NCBI GenBank assembly: GCA_907165135.1
Contig: OU015570.1
Location: 2,439,929 to 2,503,928, forward strand
Length of the DNA: 64,000 nucleotides
Reading direction: 5' to 3'
Origin: Oikopleura dioica
Taxonomy: Eukaryota > Animalia > Chordata
The notes under the pieces are model-generated. The model did not search any database and was not told the DNA's origin. It was given only the letters and a program-made list of their open reading frames with translations. A program made the position numbers and the translations under genes. This document shows, in pieces, positions 1-13,700 of this stretch (position 1 is the stretch's first letter; the number at the start of each line of letters is the position of its first letter).

Positions 1-722
1 AATTCTGCAGGGCTTCGCCGGGGCCCGGCCGAAAATCAGGGTTAAATGCGCCTCCTCGGCAAAAATTCTGCATGGCTCCGCCGGGGCTCGGCCGAAAATC
101 AAGTTAAACTGGCCTTTTCGGCAAAAAATCTGCATGGCTCCGCCGGGGCCTGCTCAAAAAATAAGTTTTAATGGGCCTTCTTGGCAAAAATTCTGCAGGG
201 CTCCGCCGGGGCCCAGCCGAAAATAAAGTTAAGGTGGGCCTTTTCGGCAAAAATTCTGCAGGGCTCCGCCGGGGCCCGGCCGAAAATCAAGTTTAATATG
301 CCTCTCGGCTAAATTTGGGCAGAACTCCGTCGGGGTCCGGCCTTAAATTACTTTTAAAAGTGCCTTCTTGGCAAAATTTGCGCAGGGCTCCGCCGGGGCC
401 GCAGCTAAAAATCATTTTCAATACGTCTCTTGGCAGAAAAATCATAGAAGCTCCGCCGGGGCCCGTGCAAAAGTCCATCTAGATCGCCTTATTGGTAAAA
501 ATTGGGCAGGACTCCGTCGGGGTCGGCCTTAATTTAAGTTTCAAATTTGCCTTTCTGGCAGGAATTTCACAGGGCTCCGCCGGGGCCTCGGCCAAAAATA
601 ACTTTTAAATACGCCTTTTGGCAATAATTGGGCAGGACTCCGTCGGGGTCCGCCTTTATTTTAGTTTTAATATGCCTTTCTGGCAAAATTTGCGCAGGGC
701 TCCGCCGGGGCCTCGGCCAAAA
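1..722. repeat. Tandem satellite array, about 58-59 bp unit, about 12 copies, running off the window start
   Basis: The core ggcaaaaattctgcagggctccgccggggcccggcc recurs every 58-60 bp. The AT-rich intervening parts are also homologous but diverged. Confidence 0.95.
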
Positions 723-1296
723 AAGAACTTAAAACCTAGCAATTGCCCTTACCCAGACCCGAAGACCTCTCCTAAAGGCGTGTCCACCGGATAGCCCCTC
801 TAAGAGCGAGCTCCCGATCCTTACACACAGCCCTGGAGGTAAGCCTTTCTCCAGCAAAAAGAGCTTGCGACCCGTTAACGAAGTTTACCTCACTCAGAGC
901 GTAAAGAGCGTACATTCGGAAAGTGGTCCGCCCCAGCCGAAACATCCTTCAAACAGACCCTGCCGGGCCCTAGGGATGACATGGCCGTCTCGTCGTGGTG
1001 GTAAACCCGTATCCCCTTTAGTTTTTTTGGACTAACCTGGTTTTGGCGGCTTCTATTGTGGAGCTTGAAAATCGCGAAAATTCCTTTTTTTGCTGTGTCT
1101 TCTATCTCGGGATCGGCGAAAATGGCGCAGATTTCAGATTTCCAAATCGTAATTACCCATATTCGTTCGTCATTCAGCCATGACTGCAGATATTCGTAGA
1201 ATCAGGTGCTATTTTTGTTGACAGCTATGATTGATCAGGAATCGTACCAACGGTCATCAATCATGATCGGAGCAGCAAGCGGGCAGGTTCGTCAAT

Positions 1297-1309
1297 ACTT
1301 CTGACACCA
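1297..1309 (-). promoter_or_regulatory. Primer binding site TGGTGTCAGAAGT (matches the 3' end of metazoan tRNA-Leu)
   Basis: Plus strand ACTTCTGACACCA lies 1 nt from the LTR end. Confidence 0.75.
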
Positions 1310-1310
1310 A

Positions 1311-1925
1311 TGTTGTAATATGGTTCCTGATTTATGATTACTATAGTAACTATAGTTAGTACATATGTACTAAGCTAAGTTCCTGCTAAGTAAGCATACT
1401 ACTTTTGGATTGACGATAATTCGGTGTTTATTTGTGATTCTGGGGCAAGGCCAGAATGAGGGAAAATGGGCATGGTCAGGCACTTTTATAGGAGCGCTCG
1501 CTCACAAGTCTCACTTCAAGTTCGACTTTATTTCTGAGCTGCAGTTCCGAGTTGAGTGATGAGCTCGCGCTTCGCAGTTGGTGCTCGCGCTCGCCCCTCA
1601 GCTTCGGATTCTGTGAGCTTGGCTCGAGACTCGACTTTCGTTTTTGTTATCATAAGTTATGGACCATAACAGTATGAAAGTGATAAAGATGATAAATTAT
1701 GTTAGTTAAAATGATATGGATAAAATGTATAATTATGCGACTAACCGGTGATCGCGTTGGAAAATGATCGCATTCCCTTCGCTCTCGGCGCCGCAATGTT
1801 AGGATGATAGTGATAAGAATGTTAACTTGTATTAGTTTGATGATAGAAATAGTGATATGAGCATGAATATTGAAATAATGTTTATTTTCTTTTTAAATCA
1901 TACATATAAGATTTAAATATTTACA
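1311..1925 (-). mobile_element. LTR (5' LTR of a truncated element or near-solo LTR); right boundary approximate
   Basis: Termini tgttgtaata...tatttaca. On the minus strand there is a TATAAAA near 1484-1490 and an AATAAA near 1427, and a PBS follows directly. Confidence 0.65.
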
Positions 1926-3299
1926 ATCGAACTTATATAATAGTTTGAAAATTCTGGCTGGTTGAATATGTCTTTTTCTTTACTTGAAATGGCCTTAAGT
2001 TAAGGCCCTTAACTTATTTGTTATAATTTATTTCTTATTCTCTGTACAAACTTATGAAAAACTAATTTATTGTGAAAAAGGAGAGTCGAAGAGTGCGCGC
2101 TGTCTTATCAGTTGGCCGCGCCGCGCAGTGACTGAATATTACTTTTACTGCTTTTTATAATTTCTTACTGTTCACTTTTTTTACATTCTATGAGTTTGCT
2201 TATCATTTTTCAAATTTGATGTTAAAATTAACTTCACTTTATTCAGTCATTTTTTAATAATTTATAATTTATCTTTCTTAAAAGAATCGGATATATTTTG
2301 TTCAAAAAGGTACATATAGGTTTTCAAATGCGTAAGATATTTACAATTAGATAAAATGGAGAAAAGCTAGCCTGGGCTAGGAATCGAAGTGATGACTTCA
2401 AGTGGTAAAAGTTTTAAAAAGGCAGACAGAACAAGTTGAACATAAACTGTAAATCTACAGAATATAAATGCGAGGTGAACTACTGGAAATTCCAGTTTCA
2501 CTTGGCACAATTCTCCTTGTCATCATGGATTGATGGACAGTTTGTGATAGTAAGGACCGGTAATACAAGCAGCACAAACGGAAGCATTTTATACATCATA
2601 CAGACCCAATTAATCGTGTTCTACTCATGCTAGAGAAAAACAAAGACCACCATGTGAAAGAGCACGTTTCAATTAGTATACGTACTAATTTTCAATAAGT
2701 TATCTCATCGGGAAGGCCATTTCGACAAAAAATGTCGACTTAGACTCGTGGGGTTACGCCCTCCAATTGGACTCGTGGGGTTAACAAACTTACAGTATAT
2801 ATGCACAATGACACGCCTTTCAAAACTGCACTAGCCGATTTTTTGAAACGGCTCATTTTTGTGCATTTCTTGGGCGATTTTTAATGAGAAAAAATGCATA
2901 TAGATGAATCATTCCATTATTTAAGGGTGTTCCCACATACCAATCCTTATCATATTTGAATATGTTGTAGAGAAGGGCTTGCTGATTCTTTTGACTGCTG
3001 GACGAATTCTGCAGACCTCGATTACGGTACTTTCTAGAGCTTCAAAGTCGTTAAAGTCTGCCAGATATGAAATTTCAAAATTTTCAACTTTTGATCTACG
3101 CATGCTACAATGACGATTTATAGGCTATAAATTATAATTGTGCAGCTATATAACGCAGGTCCTCTCCTTTCGCGCCGCCTACGCCGCGCTCCATTTGAAA
3201 ATTCTCGCGACCATGTTTACTTGTTTACCAGTCTCCAGATCATCTTCTTTTGATCCTTTTTCCTGCGAAGAGCGCTGTTTTGATTCAAATTCTAGAGAA

Positions 3300-4400
3300 A
3301 ACTTTTGTTAAACTGCTTCTGCTTGTATTTTCCAACTAGATTCGTCTTTTTTCATTCTTTTCAGACGGAATCTAGTTGTTGTAGAGAAATTGCTTGGGAT
3401 CTTGGCTCTGATGAAGAAGATCCTACAACTCAGGAATCGTTGGAGTCCGGTGAATTTGTCGAGAAGCAACCACGGCGAAGAACTCCCACTTTACGCGATC
3501 AGCTCGAGAAAAGTGGCGGTGGCGACCTTTTGGAAGTTACAGTAATATTGAAAGCTTCTTCAGCGAATTGATCAAGCTCTTTCATCCACTCTGATCTTGA
3601 TCTTCCGTTCAATGAATATTCTAAGAGAATTCTCTTCGAAGTATGTTTCATTTATAAAAACTCTCACCTTGGAAATTGCAATAGGAAGTATTGCAGCATG
3701 TTACCCTACTAAACGAGCGAGGTCCTAAATTTTGGTGGAAGACTTCCGGAAGGCCAAACTGCTCCAAGTTAGTTTGATCTTTCGACATCTCGCAGAGAGT
3801 GGGGAATTTATCCTTCTTCACGTGATCAACCTCTACTGAATGGCCCATTCTAACTTAATTTGCCTGTGATTACATTTTTGGGAAGAGGGAATACTTTCTT
3901 CCTCGATGCTTTTTCTTGTTAAATTTGTCGCACAACCAGCGAGTTCGATCACTTTCGGTGCACATTGAGAGCTATACTGACTACAGACGCCATCTTGGAA
4001 GGACTTATTGAAGTATTCTATGTGGAAGCAACTTCCTCCTAGAACTTTGCACAAAACTTCATCTGGGTAATCTGGGACTACAATCTGAGGCAGGGGTTCT
4101 CTTCCATGATTTCAAGGCTTTTTCTGTATTGAAACCCTGGCTTGAAAGGATCTGTACTTGATTCGATCTTTTCGAATTCGGGAAAAGTGCAGATCTTGTC
4201 GGCTTTTTCGTCGATAAATACTTTATTTTCTTTCCTAGAATTTAAAATTGGGGTCGATCAAGCTTTTTACAGATGATTTCGTAATTTAGCACCCTCTCTA
4301 AATTCGTCGATAGGTTATTCTTGCATCTGCAAACTCTGTATTCTGCATCTTCAAAGTCTCTTGCCGTGGCTAGAAAGAAGGATAATATAAAAATTAAATC
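3300..4400 (-). pseudogene. Decayed gag-like remnant
   Basis: Frameshifted protein-like fragments (3648-3848, 3833-4054) of retroelement gag-like composition, with no intact motif. Confidence 0.3.
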
Positions 4401-4679
4401 CATGTTTGAGGAAATGAAAAGTGCCCTAGCTTGGGAATAAAATGCAAATGCTTATTGAATTCAGAATAATGAATGAGAAAGAATTGACAGCACCTGTCAA
4501 TCAAGATATTTTATTAAGCAAGGGTCAAGGAACTTAACTTTATGAAGTTATTGCTTATTCATAAGTTCATTTTGTTCCATCTTTATTTTGCTGATCCAGG
4601 CATCAAACTCTGTTGTTTGAACTCCTGAAGGCGGTAAAAAGCATGCGCTTTGAGATTCTTTCAAGTCTTGTTGAACGTA

Positions 4680-5076
4680 CAGTTAATAATGGAATTTTTG
4701 GACATTTTTTGCCGCACAATTTTCTCAAAAATGTCCAAAAATTTGATACACGCTCCCGAAAAAAATGTCCCATCCAAATCGCTTAAAAATTTTTTTTGAT
4801 GAAAATCTCGGTCGTTTCCTTTCTTTTCCTCGTTCAAAAGACAAGAAGCAATTCTAGGGGCACTAGATAAACTTTCAATTTTAATTTTCTTTAAAAAAAG
4901 TAAAATTTTTGATAAGAAAAACGTCATTATTGATAGAAAAACTGAAAATTAAAAATTTTGCCCCAGAAAATGTCCAAAAATTTGATACAAGAACTCTTAA
5001 AAAATGTCGCAAGAAAACCCCTTAAAATCGCAAAAATGTCCAAAAATTTGATGTCCAAAAATTCCATAAAAAACTG
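4680..5076. mobile_element. pogo/Tc1-like MITE (CAGT TIR family with aatttttggacatttt internal repeats)
   Basis: TIRs cagttaataatggaatttttggaca / tgtccaaaaattccataaaaaactg, with TA on both sides. Other or related copies at 10390-10500, 33257-33589, 36925-37320 and 62135-62220. Confidence 0.9.
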
Positions 5077-6176
5077 TACCGCGATTTCATTTTGACATTT
5101 TGCAAGCGGTTTGAGGGCGCACGAGCGCAACGCCGAGGGGGAATTTCGTTTTCGGACTTTCGAACTCTCGCTCCGGGCGGAAAGTGGCTCCAACCTAGGG
5201 CGCTAATCCCCTCAAAGAAACCCCGCGCTCTTTCTTCTTCGCTGAGTAAATATAACATAAAGAATTTTACAAATATTAAAAAGTTTCAGAGAAAAATTGG
5301 AATAATCTATCGATTCATACAATTTCGAGTAAAATGATACCAATATTAAATTTATAAATAAATTTACGATTATTTGGCTTTTGAATCGAGCAAACAACGT
5401 TTAAAGACAGTAATCTGTCTTCATATCCAGGAATTTGGACACACTCATTCATTAACTTCTGGATCTGATCAATTTTTCTTTTATATTTAACTTTGTCTTT
5501 GGAAAGAATGCCGCATTCTGAATGCGGGATCCTTCCGCCATTGGAAAAAAAGTGAAATCAAGCGTTTAAAAATTAAGCGAAATTATGAAAAGGCCATCCC
5601 TTCCTTGTTTTTTCTACTCACTGAGGATCTTCGTCGAGCAGCATCTTCTTTCAAATCTCTTTTTGAAACTCTCTTTTTCAGCGTTCAAAACTTCAAATTA
5701 TTTTTAACCGATTTCACACTTTTTGACTTCCGGGAGAGAACTGTAAGTCAGCATGCGTATTTATTTGCGTACAAGGCAGTCAAGTTCAACCCAATTTTGT
5801 TTATCTTGATGAAAATGTGCCATTTCCGAGCTTTCGCCGCGGGAGATCGTAGCCAAGTTTTTGTCAAAAGATTACTATCAAGTAATTGGTATCGTTTCGA
5901 AGCTGCTTTTTCCCTGATTTCGATTATGATATTTCCATTTAGAAAAGACTGATTTCCGTAATAATGATTCTTCAGTAAAATAAAGTCCAGTGAGGGGGGA
6001 TTAACGTCGCCGCCGGATAAAAAGACAAAAGTTGCGCGATGGCCGCGTGAGAACTCGCACGGCGCCGACACCGTCGATTTTCCTAGGTGCCGCGGAAAGT
6101 TAAAAAAGGTGCTAGAAAAAAGAGTTGACTTTCTCGGGTTAGAAAAAAGGCTTGATTTTTGTAACCCAAGAGAGAG

Positions 6177-6455
6177 TTGCAAACAGTCCAAATGAAATCG
6201 CGGTATCTACTGAGACCACCGAGACATCTCTCTCGCGATGTATTGACGAGTGCGACGAGTGCGACGACACAAGACGAGTGCGACGACAATCTACATGTGG
6301 ATATGGATCCGTATGACGGTCTGCCGCAAATTACACAGGATGTACCCGTCTTGTTGGAGCCTGTTCTTCGTCGGTACGCTGCTGCACCTTACGTTGGGCC
6401 TCGTACTGATGCTGATCGAGCTCATGATGTCTTCTACTTGCAGTCTGGCGGGTAG
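6177..6455 (+). CDS. Small hypothetical ORF (92 aa) convergent with the 3' end of the divergent retroelement
   Basis: The ORF looks protein-like (DPYDGLPQITQDVPVLLEPVLRRY) but has no recognisable domain. Confidence 0.25.
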   Translation: MQTVQMKSRYLLRPPRHLSRDVLTSATSATTQDECDDNLHVDMDPYDGLPQITQDVPVLLEPVLRRYAAAPYVGPRTDADRAHDVFYLQSGG

Positions 6456-6552
6456 ATCTCTTCCAGTGGACCTCGTCGGCCGTTTAATCGACTGAGTCGG
6501 GTCGTTATCACTCTGCCAGCTACTCCTCCTTGATTTTCATGTTTTTAATAAT

Positions 6553-9060
6553 CTATCTTTCAAGATTATCTGCGCGGTCGGCCCACTTTGCTGGATGACG
6601 ATTGGAGTGTGGGTGTTTGGAATCTTCTGCTCGACGGTGGTTACTATGGGCGTTCTTTGGTCGACCGACAGGACTTCGGCTTGAGTCAGACGCTTTTGGG
6701 GCACCCAATGTTTCATGGTGATCAATCCCCTGGCTGCTCTTATCTTGTAAGTCTTTCACCACCGTTCTAAATATGAACTTGTTTTTCGATGCCTTCGCTG
6801 CTTTTGCTAGAACGTCCTTCAGTTCATCAGTTACTCTCGGCGGGGCTTTCGTCCACAGGTTTACGCTTCTGTGTGCTTGAGCTACGATCCTCGCCGACTG
6901 AGCCAGCGGAATGGCTTCACCTTGGTCGTCTCTCTTTTCGACAACCATGATCGGTATGATGTTTTTAACCGATATGCCATGGTCTTGTGGGAACACCACG
7001 ATGTAGTCTCTGGCTAATTCGTACAGATGTTTAGCTACAATCTCCTTCTTCTCATCAGACATTTGCTCGTTTTTCTGTCTGGTGACTTGGTTTGATAGTT
7101 CCACTCTCATCATCGGCGCTGATATCTGGAATTCTTTCGGAAGGCATCCCGTGACTTTTGAGAATACCTTCTTGTATTTCTTGTCTCTGATCTTGGTCAT
7201 GAGTCTCACCTCCAGCTTCGGATTTTCTTTGACTACTTCACCAAGTACGATATCATCCACTGTTGACGATTCTCGAGCTTCTTTCCTCATCTTTTCCAGT
7301 TTTTCCTTGTAGGTCTTCCTGGCATCTGGTTCGAAGTTTTCGTCTGACAGTTCGTGCTTTGTACTTATCTTCAGTACGTTCTGGTGATCATAGCTTGGGG
7401 CGACCTTGAACTTTTCGAAAATGATTCTTCTATTGACCATGTCGATTGATGTATTTCCATCCATGTCCGTAACGCCCATTAGTAGTCCGTCGATGCTTTA
7501 CAAGACTATGGCGTCGCTGATCATCCATGGATTTCCGTTCACCATCAGCTCTATGTCACAAACTTTGTGCTTTGCCGCGAGCTTCCATCTTAAGAGTTGG
7601 CAGTAGACTCTTTGAATTCGCTCTAACGGCGTGCACTCGTTCTAGTCAAAGATCATCTTCGCTCAGCTTCAGCGCGCTGTAGACACTCGATGATTCTGTG
7701 ACTTGTTTCAGCGATTCGCCCTTCCTCTCATCTCTTTTCTCCTGTCTTGCCTTACCATCGAAGTGTTTTCGTTCGCTTGTAATGTACTTGTTGCGGCATC
7801 TACATCCCTCCGTGTGAAATACCACCGTGTTGAAGTAGGGGCAGGGCGGTTTTTCCGGCTCGTTTTGGCTTCTTTCGTCCTCTCTTTTCTGGACGTTCTG
7901 ACCTTCCCCTTTCTTCTTGTCATCCTTTTTCCCCTTCTTGCCTTGCTTCGATTTTATGAACTTCACCTCCTCCGTGACCTCACTCTTCGGTTCGCTTTCG
8001 ACCTTCCTTACTCCAACGCTCTTTTTGCTCGTCTTCGCCGCCTCCAGCGTCGCGATTGAAAGGAACTTCGTTAGATCGAGCGGGAGATCCTCCGGTGATT
8101 TTGTTTTTCCCGATTGAGATCTGTACTCTCGCTCTATCTTCGTAAGCGTTCGATCATCGCAGTGAGTCAAGGCTAACGCTACTGCGGTTCTTGAGATGAT
8201 GGGCGATTCCTCTTCCGCAAGACTTCTGTTCAGCTTCCTGCCGTCGACGTTCTGCGTTTTCACCTTCTTGTCTTCACCAGCAGCCAAATAGTCTTGCAAT
8301 GCACCCGAATAGAATAGTGCCAGCTGCTTCAGGTTCGCTTGACCCAGATTGTGCGACAAGTTCCGTTTGAGTTCCCGCGCAAAATCCGTAATCGCTACGT
8401 TCTCGTTCGCTATGTCCTGGCAACCGTCCTGATCCTTGGAGATCGAAATAAATTCGTTCAAGTCTCGGTAGTGACCTCCTCGAAGTACTGACTTCTTTAT
8501 TGATATGATCGTTAGGTCATCCGATCCTAGCGCTGTTTTCATAATCTTGCGTGCTTTCCGTGTCGCTTGTACTAGAAGTTCTGCATCGGATTACTTGTCG
8601 CTCTTCAATTTCTCGAAGAATGCTGAGCTTTCTCTCCCTGAGTCCTTGTTGATGTCAGACTCCGTCGCCGCTGGATCTCTGTACTGAAGCCATCTTCTCT
8701 TTTCGATGGTAACTTCAGTTCCAGCAATGTACTTCAAGTATTCCTCGTTTGAGGCTGTTATTTCGGCTCTTTCAAGTGCTTTACTCTGCACCATCTTCTC
8801 CAGATCCACAAACGTCGTCGGCACACCCAGCTTGTTGTCCTTCGGCGTCAAGTCCTGGCCATGAGCTGTCCATAACCATTTTGCGCGAAGTATCATGTCG
8901 CTCGAGATTTACTGGTCCGTTTGTGATTGTGCGAGTGCTTCAATCACTTTTCTTGTCTTCGCCTTGCTCTTGAGGCCCGCTGCTGAGAGCGTCCCTTTCC
9001 CAGGGTTGACAATTTAAGTAAGTGATGTACCGCTCATGACTCTTCGGGGAGTTCGAAAAA
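6553..9060 (-). mobile_element. Decayed, divergent LTR retroelement: gag (one in-frame stop at 8591), protease end and N-terminal RT fragment
   Basis: ORFs 8591-8896 and 7646-8542 are in the same frame, with a K-rich, Cys-containing C-terminus. DGLLMGVTDMDGNTSIDMVNRRI resembles a retropepsin C-terminus. IPIMVVEKRD...ARIV...SVNLWT resembles RT motifs 1-2. Confidence 0.55.
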
Positions 9061-10750
9061 GTAGAATCAGTCGTGATAAAACTTTCACTTGCAGTTACCA
9101 CGTGGAAGTGCGAGCCTGCTGCGCCTGCTGATCGAAGAATGCGTGCAAGAATGAGTCGATTTTGTTGTTGTTTCTGTACTTTTCCAATAAATACGGAAAG
9201 CACTAGTTTAGTCAAAGTTACTGAGAAGATAGAAGTTGTACTTACCACAAAGAGGTTCTCTAGGAATGACCCGTTGTGGCTCGCACTGCAAAGATTTGCA
9301 CGAAGATGTAGATAACAGATTGAACCAAGATTGCAACAGCAGCATCGCCGTGGGGTGTTGATGTAGCTTTCCACGTTAATATCCTGAAGTATGATTTTGG
9401 CGGGGATAAAGATGATACTAATTGGAAAATACAAGCGAGAAAATCAAGAAAAATTTATTCCCGGGTCGATTTGGCATTTGAACTTCAAACTTCATCAAAA
9501 ATTTAATGTCAGAATGCTGTCGCTAAGACGTTTTTTTGTATCAGTGCTTAGTTTGAGAAATAATTTAACAATTTCGACGGCGACTCTCTCGCTCACTTAC
9601 AGTGGTATGTGGAGATGCTGCACCCTTAGCGAGTGCTCTGTTGCTGCACCCCTGACCCGCACTTTTTCTATCGTTTTCTTATAGAAGTAGCAAAAGTGAG
9701 TGCTGCGTTTCTGCACCTTTTACCCGCTGTCTAGGGGTGCAGCAACTCCACACACCACTGTACTTTTTTTTAAAATGAGAAAATCGCTTTTATTTTTTTC
9801 ATCATTTGTTAATGGTGATTTTTAATCAACAAAAACCGAAAATCAATGTTTCAAATTGACTTTGAACGATTTAAAAAAGATCGATGAAATGTTAGATCTC
9901 AAAATGGTGATGGAAAGCAAAGAAACTTACAGATTATTATTCCGAAAATATGGACCTCTGTATAATGCAGTTGAAAGTTTCCTTAGGCCGCGTAGAGCCT
10001 ATGCATAATTCTCGGCTATAATTTATAGCCCTTGGCTATAATTTTTGGAACTGGTTTGCGTTAGTACCGGACAGCCGCTTAAATGACTCGCTCTCTTACG
10101 CCCGTATCACCTCTCACTTCTTTTCTGGTTCATCATCATGGCGCTGTTGTTTCCCTGGCTGGTTTACCGAGTCTACTAGCGCTTGAACTGATAATCCGAA
10201 CACTTTATTCTTCTAATTGAGCAATATTTTGTCCCAACGTCATTCTCCCCTTCGCCAACCTGCAATATCAACACACTCGTGACCAGAAACTGGCAGAACA
10301 AAACTGATTTATTCCGTACACCAATTTAACCAACTTCTCAGATAATGCGTAGGACCACGGTGACAACTTGGGCGATTCAAATCACTATAAACAGTTTTTT
10401 ATGGAATTTTTTGACATCGAATTCTTGGACATTTTAGCAATTTTAAAGGGTTTTCTTGGGACACTTCTGAAAAGTGCCTGTATCAAATTTTCGACAGTAC
10501 TGAATATGTAACGAATGTCACGAATGTCACGAATGTAACGATTGAACCTAACCTTTGAACTTCTTACCACTTAACCCGCGGAGCGGGCGTTTATCAATTA
10601 AAGATTCAATGAAAAATCTCAATTTTTTGTGTATGGCAATGGTAAAATTGAAGAATTTTAGTCAAAAACCTATCTATTTGGGCCTGAAGTTGCCGTCAAT
10701 TTCAAAAACTTTCAAATATTTTTTGTTTTAGATTATGAAAAATGAGTTTT

Positions 10751-13700
10751 TCAAGTCTGCTTCTGATCCTTGATTTTGACAACATGTTCAGATGCAGTAA
10801 CGACTTCGAACGGTCCAATCCAGTCGTATCCTTTGGACTTTGCTGCTTTGGCGACCGGGCGGAACAGAGTAACCTGGTCTCCAGAATTGAGGGGTCGAGC
10901 ACGATGAGCCTTGTTCAACCTTCTTTCCAGCGCTTCATCCGCGGCCTTGTTGGCGACTTTTTCGAGTGAGTGGAGAAGTTGAAGACGTTCACGGATCATC
11001 TTGCCATAAGAAGATGGAGAAGGCGAGCTCAAATCGGGATCGTGGATGGTTTCTTGGACAGTGAGACGCGGTCGGCGACCAGTAACTAGAGAATGTGGCG
11101 ACTGACCTGTACCAGAATTCTTGTGGCTGTTCATGTAGGCGCACGCGTATGGTACTGCATCGATCCAAGTCATGTTTCGCTCGTGTTGGAGCATGAAAAC
11201 GAAGGACTTGAAGCTGCGGTGGGCTCGTTCCAGGTTTCCTGTGCTCTGTGGGCGATAGGCAGTGTGCTGTTTTGCGACGATGCCCAGCTGCTTAGTCATC
11301 TCATCCATTGTAGCGGAGACTAACGCAGTTCCGCGATCGCTTGAGACGATCTTCGGAATGATCTGATGCCGCAGAACAACTTCGTCGACTATTGTACGAG
11401 CAGCATCGATCACGCGCTCGCCGGGAACGACCTTGGCGATGAAATAGCGGGTGAAGCTGTCGAGAATTGTACAAACGAAGCGCTTGCCGTTACATTTGTC
11501 GAAGACGGTAAAGTCAATGTAGATGACTTCGAAGGGTCTCTCGCCGCGTTTACAGTGACCGATGTTTGGGGACGAGATGTGACCTTGGTTACCTTCCTTC
11601 TTGCCTCAAATGACACACGAGGCGACGTAGTTTTTGATGTCATCATCCATGCTGGGCAACCTATACGATTCTAGAGATTCAGCGACTCGACTGGCGCCTG
11701 GATGAGCTGAATCATCATGGGAAATGCGGAGAAGCCGGCGAACATGCTCTGGAGGGAGAACCTGGCGATACTTGCCGTCCTTAACATGGAGCAGAAGATC
11801 TGTGCGCTGGCAAATTTTGAAATGCGGCCAGTTGACGCGGATAATGTCGTAGTTGTGATCTTTCCTGTCAAGTTGGATCGACTTTGGCTCTCGCTGGAAG
11901 CTGGTAACTGCTTTGATGAGGCCATCGATGCTGAAGTCGGCGCGCTGATCGCTGGCGAGTTTGAAGTAGTCCTCGACGCGGGTGTTGAGGATGAAACTGC
12001 CGCTTCTAGTGATGAAAGCACTGGTAAGTCCTTCTGTAAGGAGCTTCTCAGATGTACCAAAAGGGCAACTAACTTGCTGTTTAGTACACCAACTTGGAAC
12101 GTAGGCGCGCAGACCATTTCCGAAGTCTGCAAACTTCCCGGCTGGCACGTGAACATCCTTGTTGACTGGTTTCTTGAGCCCAAATGGCCGAGAGAAGAAG
12201 TCAGCCCAGACGTTTTGCTCACCTGGGATGTATTCCACAATAAACCTGTACGAAGATAGCTCATCCATCCATCGGCTAAGCTTCGCGTTTTTGTGGTCGA
12301 CAGAATCAATGTACTGGAGGGCTGCATGGTCGCATTTGATGACAAACGGACGACCGCGAAGGAAGTAATCAAATCGGCGAATGCCGAATAAGATGCCGTA
12401 GGCCTCCCTTTCCGTCGTTGACCACCTGGTTTCTACAGCTGTGGACCAGCTGGGAGAAGCAGTTCGTGTCGATGCGCTCGTGAAGGCTCGTCTCGAGAAA
12501 CTCCCGAATAAAGGTCAACCGACCAAGTAGACATCGAAGTTCTGTCCTTGTTGTTGGTGGTTTGAGCGAGTCAACCCCTTGTGCGTGATCAGGATCGATG
12601 CTTATACCTTCTGGACTAATTACACGGCCCAGAAATTTGACCGATTTCGCCAGAAAATGGCACTTGCCTGGGTGGAGCCGCAAGCCGAACTTCCTTGTAG
12701 CTTCAAACAGGCTGCGCAGCTTCTGTACATACGCGCTGAACGTTGGTGCACACAGCAGTACATCGTCGATGTAGATGTAAAGTCCTTCGCGGTCAGTGAT
12801 GGACTCGAGTGCTTCGCCAACGCATCGACTGAAGATCTGGCCCGCACACGTCAGTCCAAACGGCATCTTCCCATACTGCCAGGTCTTCCCTCGCCAAGTG
12901 AATGCAGTTTTGTTGCGGTCTTGCTCGTCAATGAGGATCTGCCAATATCCGCTACGGTAGTCGACAGAGGCTAAGTACATGTTCCCCGGCCGGATTTCGT
13001 TGAAAATTTCGCGGAGCGAGAGCATGCTGTATGGATCAGGGTCCTTCAAGACGCGGTTAAGTGTATCCTTGAAGTTGGCTACTACGCGTGGACTTCCATC
13101 TTTCTTATCGACGACGTGGATAGGACTTTTGAAGCCTTTTGGATCTGGGCATGGTTCGATTACGCGGGTCGTGTCCATTTCGTCCATTTTACCGTCGACT
13201 GCAGCTTGGTTTCTAAACTGTATCTGGTGCTGCTTGCGCGACGCCAATTTTCCATTTGTAGGGATACGGACTGGATGAATGAACTCGCACAAAGGATCAT
13301 TGTCGCTGCCAAAGATGTCATCAAACTCGACGCACAGCTTGCTAACCGTTCTGAGTTCTTGAGCATCTTCCCAGGAGGTGGACAGTTTCAGATTCTTCTT
13401 CGACTCGAGCCAGGCGCAGAGTTCAGCAGTACTTGCGCTTAGATCAGGTTTGTCTCGATGAGGCGGTTGTTCAGAAGTAACAGTGTCTTTTCTAGCAGTG
13501 GAACTCGATTCGACAGCCAGAGACGTATTTTCGCCTCCCTCGCCGTATAAATAAGTACCAGCGCTCAGTAAATAAGTTCCAGACGAAGGTGGTTCCTCAA
13601 GAACAAGTAGCTTGGCGTTCGAAGTTTCTCGCGTCGCGTTCCAGGGATCACTGTGGTAGCCGTTGATTCCGAACTTATGAGTCGTTATGTCGCTACCAGG

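Noticed and set aside
1-722. Repeat array resembling CRISPR (conserved core with variable parts)
   Set aside because: The variable parts are homologous to each other rather than unique spacers. There are no cas genes and the context is eukaryotic.
725-1030. rRNA, RNase P or ribozyme candidate
   Set aside because: No diagnostic conserved motifs could be matched by eye.
4661-5397. Several 60-90 aa ORFs (also at 33365-33752, 36924-37466, 38978-39493 and 40909-41241)
   Set aside because: Chance ORFs over MITE repeats with F/K/I-biased composition.
11093-13442. Plus-strand ORFs of 60-180 aa over the gypsy pol (similarly at 57165-59054 and 28681-30178)
   Set aside because: Antisense shadows of RT/IN coding sequence with no independent gene signals, unlike 21932-22475, which lies in otherwise non-coding space.
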